Part shown: positions 1 to 9,920 of the stretch, piece by piece
How the letters are laid out: each line of letters starts with the position of its first letter
Numbering within the stretch: the stretch's first letter is position 1
Source of the DNA: Firmicutes bacterium HGW-Firmicutes-9
GTDB lineage: Bacteria > Bacillota > Clostridia > Christensenellales > CAG-138
DNA length: 64,000 bases
Assembly: GCA_002841395.1 (NCBI GenBank)
Contig: PGZM01000001.1
Span: 298,089-362,088, forward strand
Direction of reading: 5' to 3'
The notes under the pieces: model-generated
What the model saw: only the letters and a program-made list of their open reading frames with translations
What the model was told of the DNA's origin: nothing
Database searches by the model: none
Made by a program: the position numbers and the translations under genes

Positions 1-1
1 G

Positions 2-541
2 CTCTATAAGCGTGTGACGGGCTTGGTGCCGACTCTGTACAGCCATAGTATTACGGATCCGTTAACGGAGAACAATTTGATTCCGATACTGATGGACTGC
101 AGCAGCATTACGATCGCATCCGGCGAAAATATCAAAGCGGGTGTTCTATTGGAATCGGACGACAACACCTGGGCAAAGCCAGTCAGCACCTCGATGATCG
201 CCCGCTATGAAGCAGGCGATGCGACTGGACCGTTTGCGATCGGCGCTGTTGCGCAGAGCGGGGATTCCAAGATTGCGCTATTCAGCTCATCATCCTTTGT
301 ACTCTCGAATCCGGACGGAATCGAGCGTTCGGCAAACGAAGCCCTCATCATAAACACGGTCAATACGTTGGCGGAAAACACGAACAATCTGAATATTCCA
401 GCCAAGAGCATGATGCTTGGTTCAATGGAGTTTTCTAACAGCACGCAGCCCCTCATTCTGGAAATTCTGTTAATTGCGGTAATACCGATTGCGATCGTCG
501 CTACCGGCTTTACAATCTGGTTCAAAAGAAAGCGGATATAG
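2..541 (+). CDS. GldG-like ABC-transporter auxiliary protein, C-terminal fragment (5' end outside window)
   Basis: The frame is open from the window edge. It ends in one TM helix plus a basic tail (PLILEILLIAVIPIAIVATGFTIWFKRKRI). A DUF4340-like gene, the usual partner, follows 3 nt later. The family call is by recollection, not a search. Confidence 0.5.
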   Translation, partial: LYKRVTGLVPTLYSHSITDPLTENNLIPILMDCSSITIASGENIKAGVLLESDDNTWAKPVSTSMIARYEAGDATGPFAIGAVAQSGDSKIALFSSSSFVLSNPDGIERSANEALIINTVNTLAENTNNLNIPAKSMMLGSMEFSNSTQPLILEILLIAVIPIAIVATGFTIWFKRKRI

Positions 542-544
542 CGT

Positions 545-1879
545 ATGGGATCAAAGAAGACCTGGGTGCTGATCTCCCTTGGAATCATCCTGTTTCTATG
601 CATTGCAGGGGCGATTGTGTTTCTGTTGCGCGAGGAAGATACCGATTCAAAATATCGCGCCATCAGTGTGTACAAAGTATCGTATACGAAGGTAACCGGC
701 ATGAAGATCACTCAACAGGACTCGGTGATCGACATGGTGAAGACAAACGGCGTTTGGCAATTCCGCGATCAAGCGGGAGTCAGCGTTGATCAGGGATCGA
801 TGGAGTCCGCTCTGACGATGGTCTGTTATCTCTATGCGCAGGATAAACTCTATGATGAGATAGAGAACCTCTCAAACTACGGTCTGGATCCGGCGGTGAT
901 GCAGGTTGAGATTGAACTCGATGACGGAACAAACCAGACGGTTCGTTTCGGATCATTCACTTCTGCCCGCGACGGTGTTTTCATGACTCTCAGCGGTTCT
1001 GACGCGCTGTATGTTTATGATCTTGACAGTTACAGCATTCTTGAAAACGCAGCCAAAGCCATGAGAGATCTGACCATCGATATAGATGCGGACGAGCTGG
1101 ATACAATTGAAATCTTGCGCGCCAGCGGTGCCCGGATTCCGATTTTGATGACGAAGATACCGGAGAACCGGAGAGTCGGGCTGGAGAGCTGGATGTTGCA
1201 ATCCCCATTTACAGCGATTGCAAATGCGAAGGCGGTTTCCCTTGTGAAGAGCTTCTTCGCTTCGCCACGGTATTCGTCGTTTGTTGCGGACACGGTCTCC
1301 GACGATTATGGTCTCAACAGCGACTCGGCATACATCTACCTCAAGGAGTCCGGTGGAAAATCCGTCAAGATATGGATCGGGAATCGTCTTGACAGCGGCA
1401 GATACTATTGCATGCAAGAGGGCGGAAACGGAGTATATGAGCTTGCGAGCGGGTTTGAGGCATTGTTGGAAATAGAAACGGAGAATCTGTTCCCGATCGC
1501 AGTATTTCCGGTAAGCGCTGAGAATCCCGTGAATGTGACCATCAATCTGGGCAGCGAAACGTTCCAGCTTGACCAAAGCGCAGGCGGCGGATTCACGTTA
1601 AACGGAAAGACGCTGTCAGAGGATGTGGCGAATACGCTCTTTGCTTATCTTGCTGAGCTGCAATTCCGCGGCGTTGTGGAACAGGCGGCTATTACGGCGG
1701 AGCCGAACGCGACCATTGTATTGGAACAGAGCGGAAACGAGCTCGTTTATCGCTTCTACGGCTACCGAAACGACTACTACGCGGTTGAGTTCAATGGTTC
1801 CGGTTCGCTCAGCGGATATATCAAAGCGGATCACTTGGCAGTTCTTGCGGCTGCGTTCAACGAAGCTTCAAAGGGTTGA
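545..1879 (+). CDS. DUF4340-like membrane-anchored protein
   Basis: 444-aa ORF with an N-terminal TM (WVLISLGIILFLCIAGAIVFLL). It is tightly coupled to the upstream GldG-like gene. Confidence 0.5.
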   Translation: MGSKKTWVLISLGIILFLCIAGAIVFLLREEDTDSKYRAISVYKVSYTKVTGMKITQQDSVIDMVKTNGVWQFRDQAGVSVDQGSMESALTMVCYLYAQDKLYDEIENLSNYGLDPAVMQVEIELDDGTNQTVRFGSFTSARDGVFMTLSGSDALYVYDLDSYSILENAAKAMRDLTIDIDADELDTIEILRASGARIPILMTKIPENRRVGLESWMLQSPFTAIANAKAVSLVKSFFASPRYSSFVADTVSDDYGLNSDSAYIYLKESGGKSVKIWIGNRLDSGRYYCMQEGGNGVYELASGFEALLEIETENLFPIAVFPVSAENPVNVTINLGSETFQLDQSAGGGFTLNGKTLSEDVANTLFAYLAELQFRGVVEQAAITAEPNATIVLEQSGNELVYRFYGYRNDYYAVEFNGSGSLSGYIKADHLAVLAAAFNEASKG

Positions 1880-1995
1880 AGACATAAGATTTCAATGGTA
1901 ATTCAAATTTCGATCACAGGCTTGCTGCAGATATTCGGGATATGTATCAGTACAAGTGTGTGGCGGAAATGAAAATAAAAGGAGGATGTATAAGA

Positions 1996-3156
1996 ATGAA
2001 AAAGGTTCTGGTATTCCTGATGGTTGCTTTGATGATGCTTTCCGTGGCATGTGCAAAGCCCGCCGCCCCTGCCGCTGACTCCAATGCTGCGGCACCCGCA
2101 GAACCCGCTGCAACTACCGAAGCAGCGACGGAAACAACCGAAGCAGCTGCCCCCGTGGATGGTGCTATCACACTTGGTTCCGGCTATTCAATCATGACAA
2201 CCGTGAAGCTGCTGGGCATCGGCTGGTTCGACAGAACCGAGACTATGGTCAGAGAGTTTGCTGAGAACACCGGCAACAACACCTATCAGACTGGTCCGTC
2301 TGAAGTCGATGCGGCTGCCACCAACCAGCTCCTCGAAGACGCGATTGCAACTGGTGTCAACGCCATCTGCATTATCCCGTTCTCGCCGTCTTCCGCGGAT
2401 TCCGTTCTCGCGAAAGCCAGAGAACAGGGCATCGTCGTCATCAGCCACGAAGCAACCGACCAGGTTGAGTGCGACTACGATCTCGAAGCGTTCGATAACT
2501 TTGCATACGGTGCAATCCTGATGGATTACCTGGCAAAGGGCATGGGCGAACAGGGTGAGTATTACACCACGGTTGGCGGTCTGACAGCTACTTCCCAGAA
2601 TCAGTGGGAAGAAGGCGGATTCAATCAGCAGCAGGCAAAGTACCCGAATATGACGGCTGTTGAGAGAAAGATCGAGACCAACGACGCACAGGCCAAGTCC
2701 AAGTCGATCATGGCTGAAATGATCAACAAGTATCCCGAACTCAAGGGCTTCCAGGGCGCAACCTCGCAGGATGCTCCTGGCGCAGCAGAAGCCGTTTCCG
2801 AAGCCGGCCTGATCGGCAAGATCACCGTCGTCGGTACTTCCATGCCGTCAATCGCTTCAAAGCAGCTCGAAGAAGGTTCGCTGTTTGCGATGGCTCTCTG
2901 GGATCCGGGCCTCACCGTGTATGCAATGCAGACACTGGCGGTCATGATGCTTGATGGCAACGGCGCGCTCATCAACGAAAACCTCGACCTGTCCAAGGCT
3001 TCCGGCTATGAAGGCGGCCTCGCGGGTTATGAGAAGTTGTCGTTCACAGATGGCGCTGGCGATGGCAAGATCATCTTTGCAAACGCGACGTTGGTTATCG
3101 ACAGCGTTGAGAAGATGAACGAGTACAAAGATGCAAGCGGTAACTTCTACCTGTAA
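1996..3156 (+). CDS. Sugar ABC transporter substrate-binding lipoprotein (type I periplasmic-binding fold, RbsB/LsrB-like)
   Basis: ATG at 1996 is preceded by AAAGGAGGA. Signal peptide plus lipobox MKKVLVFLMVALMMLSVAC, followed by an Ala/Pro/Thr/Glu-rich linker. PBP-like segments VNAICIIPFS and GIVVISHEA. The track start at 1942 has no RBS. Confidence 0.8.
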   Translation: MKKVLVFLMVALMMLSVACAKPAAPAADSNAAAPAEPAATTEAATETTEAAAPVDGAITLGSGYSIMTTVKLLGIGWFDRTETMVREFAENTGNNTYQTGPSEVDAAATNQLLEDAIATGVNAICIIPFSPSSADSVLAKAREQGIVVISHEATDQVECDYDLEAFDNFAYGAILMDYLAKGMGEQGEYYTTVGGLTATSQNQWEEGGFNQQQAKYPNMTAVERKIETNDAQAKSKSIMAEMINKYPELKGFQGATSQDAPGAAEAVSEAGLIGKITVVGTSMPSIASKQLEEGSLFAMALWDPGLTVYAMQTLAVMMLDGNGALINENLDLSKASGYEGGLAGYEKLSFTDGAGDGKIIFANATLVIDSVEKMNEYKDASGNFYL

Positions 3157-3225
3157 GAACGAAATCCGAATCAATATCCCGAAAAGTTAAACTTGCGGCG
3201 AATGTCCAAATAGATGGAAATCTGT

Positions 3226-3249
3226 GGAGGTGATCGCAAGATCACCTCC
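3226..3249 (+). other. Strong GC hairpin in the SBP-ATPase intergenic region (possible mRNA stabiliser/partial terminator)
   Basis: ggaggtgatc-gcaa-gatcacctcc forms a perfect 10-bp stem with no T-run after it. This is a typical position for differential SBP expression. Confidence 0.35.
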
Positions 3250-3401
3250 CGCCGCGCGTCAGTAGAGGAACAAAAATGTACCATTCGTCCATTACAATGA
3301 TATAATCAAAGAAATCACATTTCTTTTTATCATTGTTGGTACGGCTCATCATAGGATATGGTACAAATCATTACAAATCTTGTACAAGGAAGGTTGCGAC
3401 T

Positions 3402-4889
3402 ATGTCGGATGTTATCCTTCGCGCGATCAATATCAACAAATCTTTTGCCGGAGTGCATGCTCTGACGGATGTAAACCTAACCATTCGCAAGGGTGAAGTC
3501 CGCTGCCTCATCGGCGAGAATGGCTGCGGGAAATCAACGCTAATTAAGGTTATCTCTGGAGTATATACTCCAGATTCAGGTGAGCTTGAAGTAGCAGGGC
3601 ATAAATTCGGAAAATTACAGCCGGATCAGGCAATGAGTATGGGAATTCAAGTAATCTATCAGGATTTCTCGATTTTTCCGAACCTGACGGTTGCGGATAA
3701 TATTGCCATGAATACATTTCGCGTCCAAAAGAAAAAGTTGATCAATTGGCGGACGATCCGCAGAAAAGCACAGGAAGCGCTGGATCACCTTGACGTAAAA
3801 ATTGATCTTGACGTCAAGGCGGAGGCTCTCTCGGTTGCAGATAAGCAAATCGTTGCGATTTGCCGAGCCATCATTCAGGATGCCAAGCTCATCATTATGG
3901 ATGAGCCGACAACAGCGTTGACGAAAAAGGAAGTTTCCTCGCTGCTGGACATTATTCGGCAGCTGAAAGAGGAAGGGATTTCCGTTATCTTCGTAACGCA
4001 TAAACTCGAGGAAGTTATCGGCGTTACTGATACAGTCACCATTCTACGAAACGGCGTTTGCGTGGTCGACGGCGAGGAAACCTCGAACTTTGATGCCAAC
4101 AAGCTCGCTTTCTACATGACGGGGCATGAAATCGTAGATGAGAAATTTGTGCCTGAGATTACAAATGGCAAAGAGCTTTTGAGGATAGAGAAACTTTCTC
4201 TCAAGGATGGATTCAACGACATTACGCTTACAGTCAATAGCGGAGACGTTCTTGGCGTCACCGGACTGCTTGGTTCGGGAAGAACGGAACTGGCGCAGTG
4301 CCTTTTCGGTCAATTCCCCGCAACCTCAGGCGAGATTTTTATTGAAGGAAAACCGGTAAAAATCCGGAGCGTAAAAGATGCGATTAGGAACGGTATCGGA
4401 TATGTGCCCGAAGATCGTTTGACAGAAGGCTTGTTTTTAAAGAAATCGATTGCAAGCAATATCTTCGTCAGCGTAATTGAGAAGTTCCGAAAAGCACTCG
4501 TTTTTTCCGATAATCGCTCGCTAAAGGCGACAGCCGATCGATGGGTCAAAGAGCTCTTGATCAAAACACCGGATTCGGAGAATATCATAACGACGCTTTC
4601 GGGCGGCAACCAACAGCGTGTCGTGCTTGCCAAATGGCTGGCTCGTAATCCCAAAATCCTGATTTTGAATGGACCGACCGTAGGCGTTGATATCGGGTCG
4701 AAGCTCGAGATTCATAAGGTTCTTCGTAAACTTGCGAATCAGGGTATCGCCATCATTATCATCTCGGATGACATACCGGAAGTGTTAACGAACTGCAACA
4801 AGGTTGTCATTATGAAGATGGGACGCATCGTCGGTGAGATGGATTCCAAAGTGGTTAAGCACGAGCAACTTGCGGGTATGCTTGCATAA
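3402..4889 (+). CDS. Sugar ABC transporter ATP-binding protein, tandem ABC domains (RbsA/MglA/LsrA type)
   Basis: ATG at 3402 follows AAGGAAGG. Walker A GENGCGKST in the first half, a degenerate second Walker A (GLLGSGRTE), and signature LSGGNQQRV. Confidence 0.9.
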   Translation: MSDVILRAININKSFAGVHALTDVNLTIRKGEVRCLIGENGCGKSTLIKVISGVYTPDSGELEVAGHKFGKLQPDQAMSMGIQVIYQDFSIFPNLTVADNIAMNTFRVQKKKLINWRTIRRKAQEALDHLDVKIDLDVKAEALSVADKQIVAICRAIIQDAKLIIMDEPTTALTKKEVSSLLDIIRQLKEEGISVIFVTHKLEEVIGVTDTVTILRNGVCVVDGEETSNFDANKLAFYMTGHEIVDEKFVPEITNGKELLRIEKLSLKDGFNDITLTVNSGDVLGVTGLLGSGRTELAQCLFGQFPATSGEIFIEGKPVKIRSVKDAIRNGIGYVPEDRLTEGLFLKKSIASNIFVSVIEKFRKALVFSDNRSLKATADRWVKELLIKTPDSENIITTLSGGNQQRVVLAKWLARNPKILILNGPTVGVDIGSKLEIHKVLRKLANQGIAIIIISDDIPEVLTNCNKVVIMKMGRIVGEMDSKVVKHEQLAGMLA

Positions 4890-4920
4890 TGTGGAAAATA
4901 CACAGAAAGGATCAAAATCA

Positions 4921-5955
4921 ATGATTGGAAAAAAGCTCAGCAGGATCGCAAAAACGAATGAGTTTTTTGTCTTGCTTGTTATTCTCGTTGTATTTTTTAC
5001 AGTCAGCGCAATCAGCCCGGTCTTTTTATCCGCATACAGTCTTGTTTCGGTCATAAAGACAGCAATAGAGCCGATTATCTATGCGGTTGGAGCATATCTC
5101 GTCATTCTTTCCGGCGGGATCGATCTTACCGTTGCGGGCATCGGTGCGTTTTCGATGTTCACGGCAACAAAGATTGTTTTCAGCATGAACTACGAAGGCT
5201 CCGCGCTATTGCCCTATCTGCTGGCAATTGGGTTCGGCGCTGCGCTGGGAATGATCAACGGGCTTCTGATTTCGCGGCTGAAGATTCAGCCTATGATCGC
5301 GACTCTCGGCATGAACAGTATAATCAACGGCGTAATGCTGTTTTTTATCGGTTCTCGTGAGATTTCTCAGGTTCCAATTGGGATTCAAACCGCCGGGAAG
5401 ACATATGTCATGACCGTATATAATGCAAACGGTGTAGCGGCGCCTCTTTCTACCACGATTTATATAACGATTGCAGTCGTATTCGTGGTGTATCTATTAC
5501 TAAGGTATACGATGCTTGGCGCGAACATTTTTGCAATAGGAGGTAATGTAGAGTCTGCCATGCGCGCAGGAATCGACGTGAAGAAAACACAGTTCATCGT
5601 ATATGTGCTCGCCGGCATGCTCTATGGTCTCGGCGGTATGGTGCACACGATTACCTACGTCAACAGCAACCCGATGGACCTACTGGGCCAGGAGATGATC
5701 ACGATTGCCGCGGTCATAATCGGCGGCGCTCGCATTACGGGTGGTCACGGAACGCTGACAGGTACGGTACTTGGCGTACTGTTGATACAGCTGATCGATA
5801 ACTGTCTGAACACGGTTGGTATTCCGAGCTTCTGGCAGAGACTCGTTGTCGGTCTCGTACTCTTGGTTGGTACAAGTTTAACATCTTATCAGGCGCTGAA
5901 AGAGAAGAGAAGGCTCCACGTAGAAATCTCGTCGGCACCTATTTCGATGCAGTAA
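4921..5955 (+). CDS. Sugar ABC transporter permease (RbsC/LsrC-like)
   Basis: ATG at 4921 follows AAAGGATCAAAATCA. Polytopic membrane protein with GGIDLTVAG and GGARITGGHGT motifs of the ribose-type permease family. Confidence 0.85.
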   Translation: MIGKKLSRIAKTNEFFVLLVILVVFFTVSAISPVFLSAYSLVSVIKTAIEPIIYAVGAYLVILSGGIDLTVAGIGAFSMFTATKIVFSMNYEGSALLPYLLAIGFGAALGMINGLLISRLKIQPMIATLGMNSIINGVMLFFIGSREISQVPIGIQTAGKTYVMTVYNANGVAAPLSTTIYITIAVVFVVYLLLRYTMLGANIFAIGGNVESAMRAGIDVKKTQFIVYVLAGMLYGLGGMVHTITYVNSNPMDLLGQEMITIAAVIIGGARITGGHGTLTGTVLGVLLIQLIDNCLNTVGIPSFWQRLVVGLVLLVGTSLTSYQALKEKRRLHVEISSAPISMQ

Positions 5956-5965
5956 GGAGTTGGAT

Positions 5966-7021
5966 ATGGAAATGAATCGGACAAAGAAGAGTTCCTGGTT
6001 ATACCATATCTTTTATGAGACAAAGCTCGGTTGGCTGTTTTCGCTAATGGTCATCGCTTATGTAGGTATGGGTTTCATGTCGTTTGCGCTGAAGGGGAAC
6101 TTCAAGTATTTCTCCCCGAACACGTTGCAGACGATGGCCGGGCAGATCCCGGAAGTCGGTATTCTGGCAATTGGCATTATTCTGCCAATGATCACCGGCG
6201 GCATCGATTTATCGATGGTTGGAAAGGCGAATCTTGCTGGCGTAGTTGCGGCAGCGTTTATGACATCCGTCATTACGGAAACCACGCCGGATAGCACGCA
6301 GATGCTCATTGCCATTGCAGCAATCTTGCTTGCGCTGGTCGTCGGTGCGCTCGCCGGTTTGATCAATGGCATAATCATCAGCAAATTCAACGCGCCGCCT
6401 TTGATTGTAACGCTTGGCAGCAATTACGCATTCATGGGCATTGCCGTGGTCATTACGCAAGGCAAGTCAATTGTCGGCTTACCGGCGGCATTTAACAGCC
6501 TAGGACAAGGATACACGTTAGGCATTATTCCAAACCAATTTGTGGTTCTTGCGATTGTGGCCACGGTGATTTGGTTTATGACATCCAAAACTCCTTACGG
6601 CACGAAACTGTTCATGACTGGTTCCAACATGGTTGCCGCGGAGTTCTCGGGCATTGATATCAAGAAACTTCTGCGCACGACTTACACAATCTCAGGCGTA
6701 CTTGCAGCGATCTCGGGTTGCATCCTCTTCGGCCGCTCGAATCAAGCGAATGCCGACTATGGTACGACATATACCCTGCAGGCGATCATGATCGCTGTGC
6801 TTGGCGGAACCAGCCCGGAAGGCGGCGAAGGCAACGTTTTAGGCGTGATCTTCGCGATGTTTACCATGCAGTTCCTGGCGACAGGCATGAACTTCTTCCA
6901 GGTAACAAACGTAACTTACCTCAAAGACATCGTTTGGGGCGGCGTGCTGCTGATCGTTATGGTCGTGAACTATGTTACCGCATTGCGTCGGACCAAGAAC
7001 GCTTTGAAAAAGTCTTTCTAA
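5966..7021 (+). CDS. Sugar ABC transporter permease, second subunit (RbsC/LsrD-like)
   Basis: ATG at 5966 lies 7 nt after AAGGAG (the track uses TTG at 5960). Motifs GGIDLSMVG and GGTSPEGGEGN; polytopic. Confidence 0.85.
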   Translation: MEMNRTKKSSWLYHIFYETKLGWLFSLMVIAYVGMGFMSFALKGNFKYFSPNTLQTMAGQIPEVGILAIGIILPMITGGIDLSMVGKANLAGVVAAAFMTSVITETTPDSTQMLIAIAAILLALVVGALAGLINGIIISKFNAPPLIVTLGSNYAFMGIAVVITQGKSIVGLPAAFNSLGQGYTLGIIPNQFVVLAIVATVIWFMTSKTPYGTKLFMTGSNMVAAEFSGIDIKKLLRTTYTISGVLAAISGCILFGRSNQANADYGTTYTLQAIMIAVLGGTSPEGGEGNVLGVIFAMFTMQFLATGMNFFQVTNVTYLKDIVWGGVLLIVMVVNYVTALRRTKNALKKSF

Positions 7022-7131
7022 TAAACCTATAGCGGAACTTGATTACTCGTAAGCAACGGGATACATCAATTTGGCATGAATAACTGTTGGATATAGAAAC
7101 TTAAAGGACAACAAATGAAAAGGAGCAAGGT

Positions 7132-7398
7132 ATGAAACAAGCATTGGGCATGGTCGAGACGAAAGGCCTGGTTGGGGCAATCGAAGCGGCAGATGCTATG
7201 GTGAAAGCGGCAAATGTAACGTTGCTCGGAAAAGAGAAGATTGGCAGCGGCCTCGTTACCGTCATGGTTCGGGGAGATGTAGGCGCCGTGAAAGCCGCAG
7301 TTGAAGCGGGTTCAGCGGCGGCAAAACGTGTGGGCGATGTCGTATCGATCCATGTAATTCCGAGCCCGCACGACGACGTGGAGAAAATACTGCCGTAA
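7132..7398 (+). CDS. BMC-H shell protein (PduA/EutM-type hexamer), paralog 1
   Basis: [57 protein letters not shown] is the canonical Pfam00936-type BMC domain. RBS AAAGGAGCAAGGT. Confidence 0.95.
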   Translation: MKQALGMVETKGLVGAIEAADAMVKAANVTLLGKEKIGSGLVTVMVRGDVGAVKAAVEAGSAAAKRVGDVVSIHVIPSPHDDVEKILP

Positions 7399-7425
7399 CG
7401 GAAGATGTCAGATAGGAGCTTGAAT

Positions 7426-8247
7426 ATGGATATCAATGAAATCATAAAAACGATCACGGAGCAGGTCATAGCCGAGATCAACAAGAGTGGTTGCTCCACA
7501 GCGCCGGAAGGCAAGACCAACTACGCAAGGTACATCGACCACACGCTGCTCAAGCCGGATGCAACGGAAGCGAAGATCAAGAAGGTGTGCGACGAAGCGA
7601 AGCAATACAACTTTGCGAGTGTCTGCGTGAATCCTTCCTACATTGCATTTGTGGCAAAAGAGCTCAAAGGAAGCCCCGTCAACCCCTGCGTTGTCATTGG
7701 GTTCCCGCTTGGTGCAACAACACCCGCGGTGAAGGCTTTTGAAACAAATGATGTCATCGAAAAAGGCGCAAAAGAGGTCGATATGGTGCTCAACATCGGC
7801 GCTGCAAAATCCGGTAACTGGGCGCTAGTGGAAGAGGACATCAAGGCGGTGGTGCATGCGTCACGCGGGCGCGCGCTGGTCAAGGTTATCCTTGAAACTT
7901 GCTTGCTGACGGATGAGGAAAAGGTAAAGGCCTGCACAATCAGCAAACTCGCCGGAGCGGACTTTGTGAAAACATCAACGGGCTTTTCCACCGGTGGCGC
8001 GACGGTAGAGGACGTGAAACTCATGCGCGCGACGGTCGGCCCGCAGATGGGCGTGAAAGCGTCCGGAGCAGTGCGCGACTATGAAACCGCGAAGAAGATG
8101 ATTGAGGCTGGAGCAACCCGTCTTGGCACGAGTTCAGGCGTTGACATCGTATCGGGGAAAACAGAGAATCACGAGTGCGTAAACTGCGGTAAGTGTACTG
8201 TAAACTGCCCGACGGGCAATGTCTCTGTGAACAAAGGCGTATATTAA
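7426..8247 (+). CDS. deoC: Deoxyribose-phosphate aldolase paralog 1 with N-terminal encapsulation-peptide-like helix and C-terminal CxxCxxCxxxCP tail
   Basis: DERA core motifs: [38 protein letters not shown] (Schiff-base Lys context) and [11 protein letters not shown]-terminal [21 protein letters not shown]-terminal [19 protein letters not shown] at 7426 has AGGAG 7 nt upstream; the alternative ATG at 7405 lacks an RBS. Confidence 0.9.
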   Translation: MDINEIIKTITEQVIAEINKSGCSTAPEGKTNYARYIDHTLLKPDATEAKIKKVCDEAKQYNFASVCVNPSYIAFVAKELKGSPVNPCVVIGFPLGATTPAVKAFETNDVIEKGAKEVDMVLNIGAAKSGNWALVEEDIKAVVHASRGRALVKVILETCLLTDEEKVKACTISKLAGADFVKTSTGFSTGGATVEDVKLMRATVGPQMGVKASGAVRDYETAKKMIEAGATRLGTSSGVDIVSGKTENHECVNCGKCTVNCPTGNVSVNKGVY

Positions 8248-8266
8248 AAATCGGAGGAGTAAGCAT

Positions 8267-8536
8267 ATGCAAGAAGCATTAGGAATGGTTGAAACAAAGG
8301 GACTTGTTGGCGCAATCGAAGCGGCTGACGCAATGGTCAAGGCGGCGAATGTCACGTTGATCGGTAAAGAGAATATCGGTTCCGGTCTGGTGACCGTAAT
8401 GGTTCGCGGTGATGTCGGCGCAGTAAAAGCATCTGTCGAGGCCGGCGCTGCAGCAGCCAAGCGTGTTGGCGAACTGTATTCGGTGCATGTCATTCCGCGC
8501 CCGCATGCGGATGTGGAAAACATCCTGCCCAAATAA
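8267..8536 (+). CDS. BMC-H shell protein, paralog 2
   Basis: [54 protein letters not shown]; RBS GGAGGAGTAAGCAT. Confidence 0.95.
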   Translation: MQEALGMVETKGLVGAIEAADAMVKAANVTLIGKENIGSGLVTVMVRGDVGAVKASVEAGAAAAKRVGELYSVHVIPRPHADVENILPK

Positions 8537-8580
8537 CGTAGATCGCGCAAGAGAACAAATATGAATTAGAGGTGCTGCAG

Positions 8581-9228
8581 ATGATGGAGTCGGAAGTCAA
8601 ACGTCAGGTGACGCTTCGTATGCTCAAAGAGTACGCGGCAAAATCGGTCTATTATGTTCCGGCAGCGGTATCAAACCGGCATATCCATTTGTCGCAGGAT
8701 GCGCTGGAAGCTCTTTTTGGCAAAGGATACACGCTCGAGCAATTTAAGCCGTTATCGCAGCCGAATCAGTACGCCTGCGAAGAGAAGTTAACATTTGTGG
8801 GTCCGAAGAACAAGATGGATGGCATTCGGATACTCGGACCTGTTCGTTCGGCTACGCAGATTGAGTTTTCCTTAACTGATGCATTCTACTTAGGAATTCC
8901 TCCGGTTGTACGCATGTCCGGCGATTTGAAAGATACTCCCGGCGGCAAACTGATCGGTCCAAACGGAGAGTATATGCTCACTAGTGGGGTTATTATTTCC
9001 CAGTGCCACCTGCATGCGTCCAAGGAGGAAGCAGCATGGTATGGACTGAAAGACGGAGATTCCGTTTGTGTTCGAAAGCGCGGTTTGCGGACTGTCTTGT
9101 TTGAGAATGTACTGGTACGCGCGGGAGATACGCATAGTCTGGAGCTTCATTTTGATACAGACGAAGCGAATTCGGCGTTGATTGAAAACAGCGATTTGTT
9201 AGAGGTCGTTCGGAGCTGGGAGATATGA
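8581..9228 (+). CDS. pduL: Phosphate acyltransferase PduL (BMC-associated phosphotransacylase)
   Basis: Two PduL repeat signatures: AVSNRHIHLSQDALEALFG and ISQCHLHASKEEAAWYGLKDGD. ATG at 8581 lies 6 nt after AGAGGTG (the track uses GTG at 8572). The N-terminal segment ESEVKRQVTLRMLKEYAAK is amphipathic. Confidence 0.9.
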   Translation: MMESEVKRQVTLRMLKEYAAKSVYYVPAAVSNRHIHLSQDALEALFGKGYTLEQFKPLSQPNQYACEEKLTFVGPKNKMDGIRILGPVRSATQIEFSLTDAFYLGIPPVVRMSGDLKDTPGGKLIGPNGEYMLTSGVIISQCHLHASKEEAAWYGLKDGDSVCVRKRGLRTVLFENVLVRAGDTHSLELHFDTDEANSALIENSDLLEVVRSWEI

Positions 9229-9911
9229 TTGACGAAGCGCAAATAAGGGAAATCATTCGCCGGGTAACAGAGCGCGTTCTGGATCGATTGATGGCGGAAG
9301 GACTCTTCCTGCCGGAGCAGAACGGGGCGCTTGTTCTCGTGTCGAATTTTATCCCTGAACCGGCGCTGCTTAACAAATATCTCAAAAGCCGTTTCACAAC
9401 CGGGGTAACTTGCGCTGCGCTTGAGCTATATACCAGACTGGATCCGGAGTTTGACGCAGTTTTCGCAGCTCGAGTGGATGAGCAGCAACGATTGTTCTCT
9501 ACGCTTAAATTCTATGAACACATCGTGCTCGCCATGCCGTCGATGCAACTGCTGAACAGGATAGCAATCGGCGATGACAGCGGATTTACGGAACAGCTGG
9601 TGCTGCGCGCAATTCTAATGCGAAAGAAAGTGACGGTGGTGCTGGACTACCAGCCGCCGAAGTTTAAGCGCGGCACCTTTTTTGAGGGCGTCGTGAACTC
9701 CATTACGGCGCTGAAGGACATGGGGGCGGAGATTGTTTCACTAACGCCTGTGCTCAGATCTGCTGATCTTGTCTGTGAGCTGGTGACGGAAGACACGATA
9801 CTACGGGCGTATTTATGCGGAGATCGAAGCATTCAATGCACAAAAGGGACCATTGTTACACCTTTGGCCAAAGATAAGGCAAACGAACTCGGCATTGCGA
9901 TCGAAGGATAG
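9225..9911 (+). CDS. BMC-associated protein of unknown function (flavoprotein/HFCD-like core suspected; EP-like N-terminus)
   Basis: ATGA overlap with the pduL stop. N-terminal MIDEAQIREIIRRVTERVLDRLMAEG. The core LAMPSMQLLNRIAIGDDSGFTEQLVLRAILMRKKVTVVLD resembles flavoprotein-family loops. C-terminal TIVTPLAKDKANELGIAIEG resembles a short module seen on BMC-linked adenosyltransferases. Function not assignable from sequence. Confidence 0.6.
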   Translation: MIDEAQIREIIRRVTERVLDRLMAEGLFLPEQNGALVLVSNFIPEPALLNKYLKSRFTTGVTCAALELYTRLDPEFDAVFAARVDEQQRLFSTLKFYEHIVLAMPSMQLLNRIAIGDDSGFTEQLVLRAILMRKKVTVVLDYQPPKFKRGTFFEGVVNSITALKDMGAEIVSLTPVLRSADLVCELVTEDTILRAYLCGDRSIQCTKGTIVTPLAKDKANELGIAIEG

Positions 9912-9920
9912 GAGAAAACC

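Noticed and set aside
1942-1995. Upstream extensions of ORF-track starts (for example 1942, 3333, 4834, 15776, 22918, 30644, 31173, 39819, 42955, 44884, 51350, 52323)
   Set aside because: In each case an internal ATG with a proper GGAGG-type RBS gives a canonical N-terminus (signal peptide or conserved family start). The extensions overlap upstream genes or lack an RBS.
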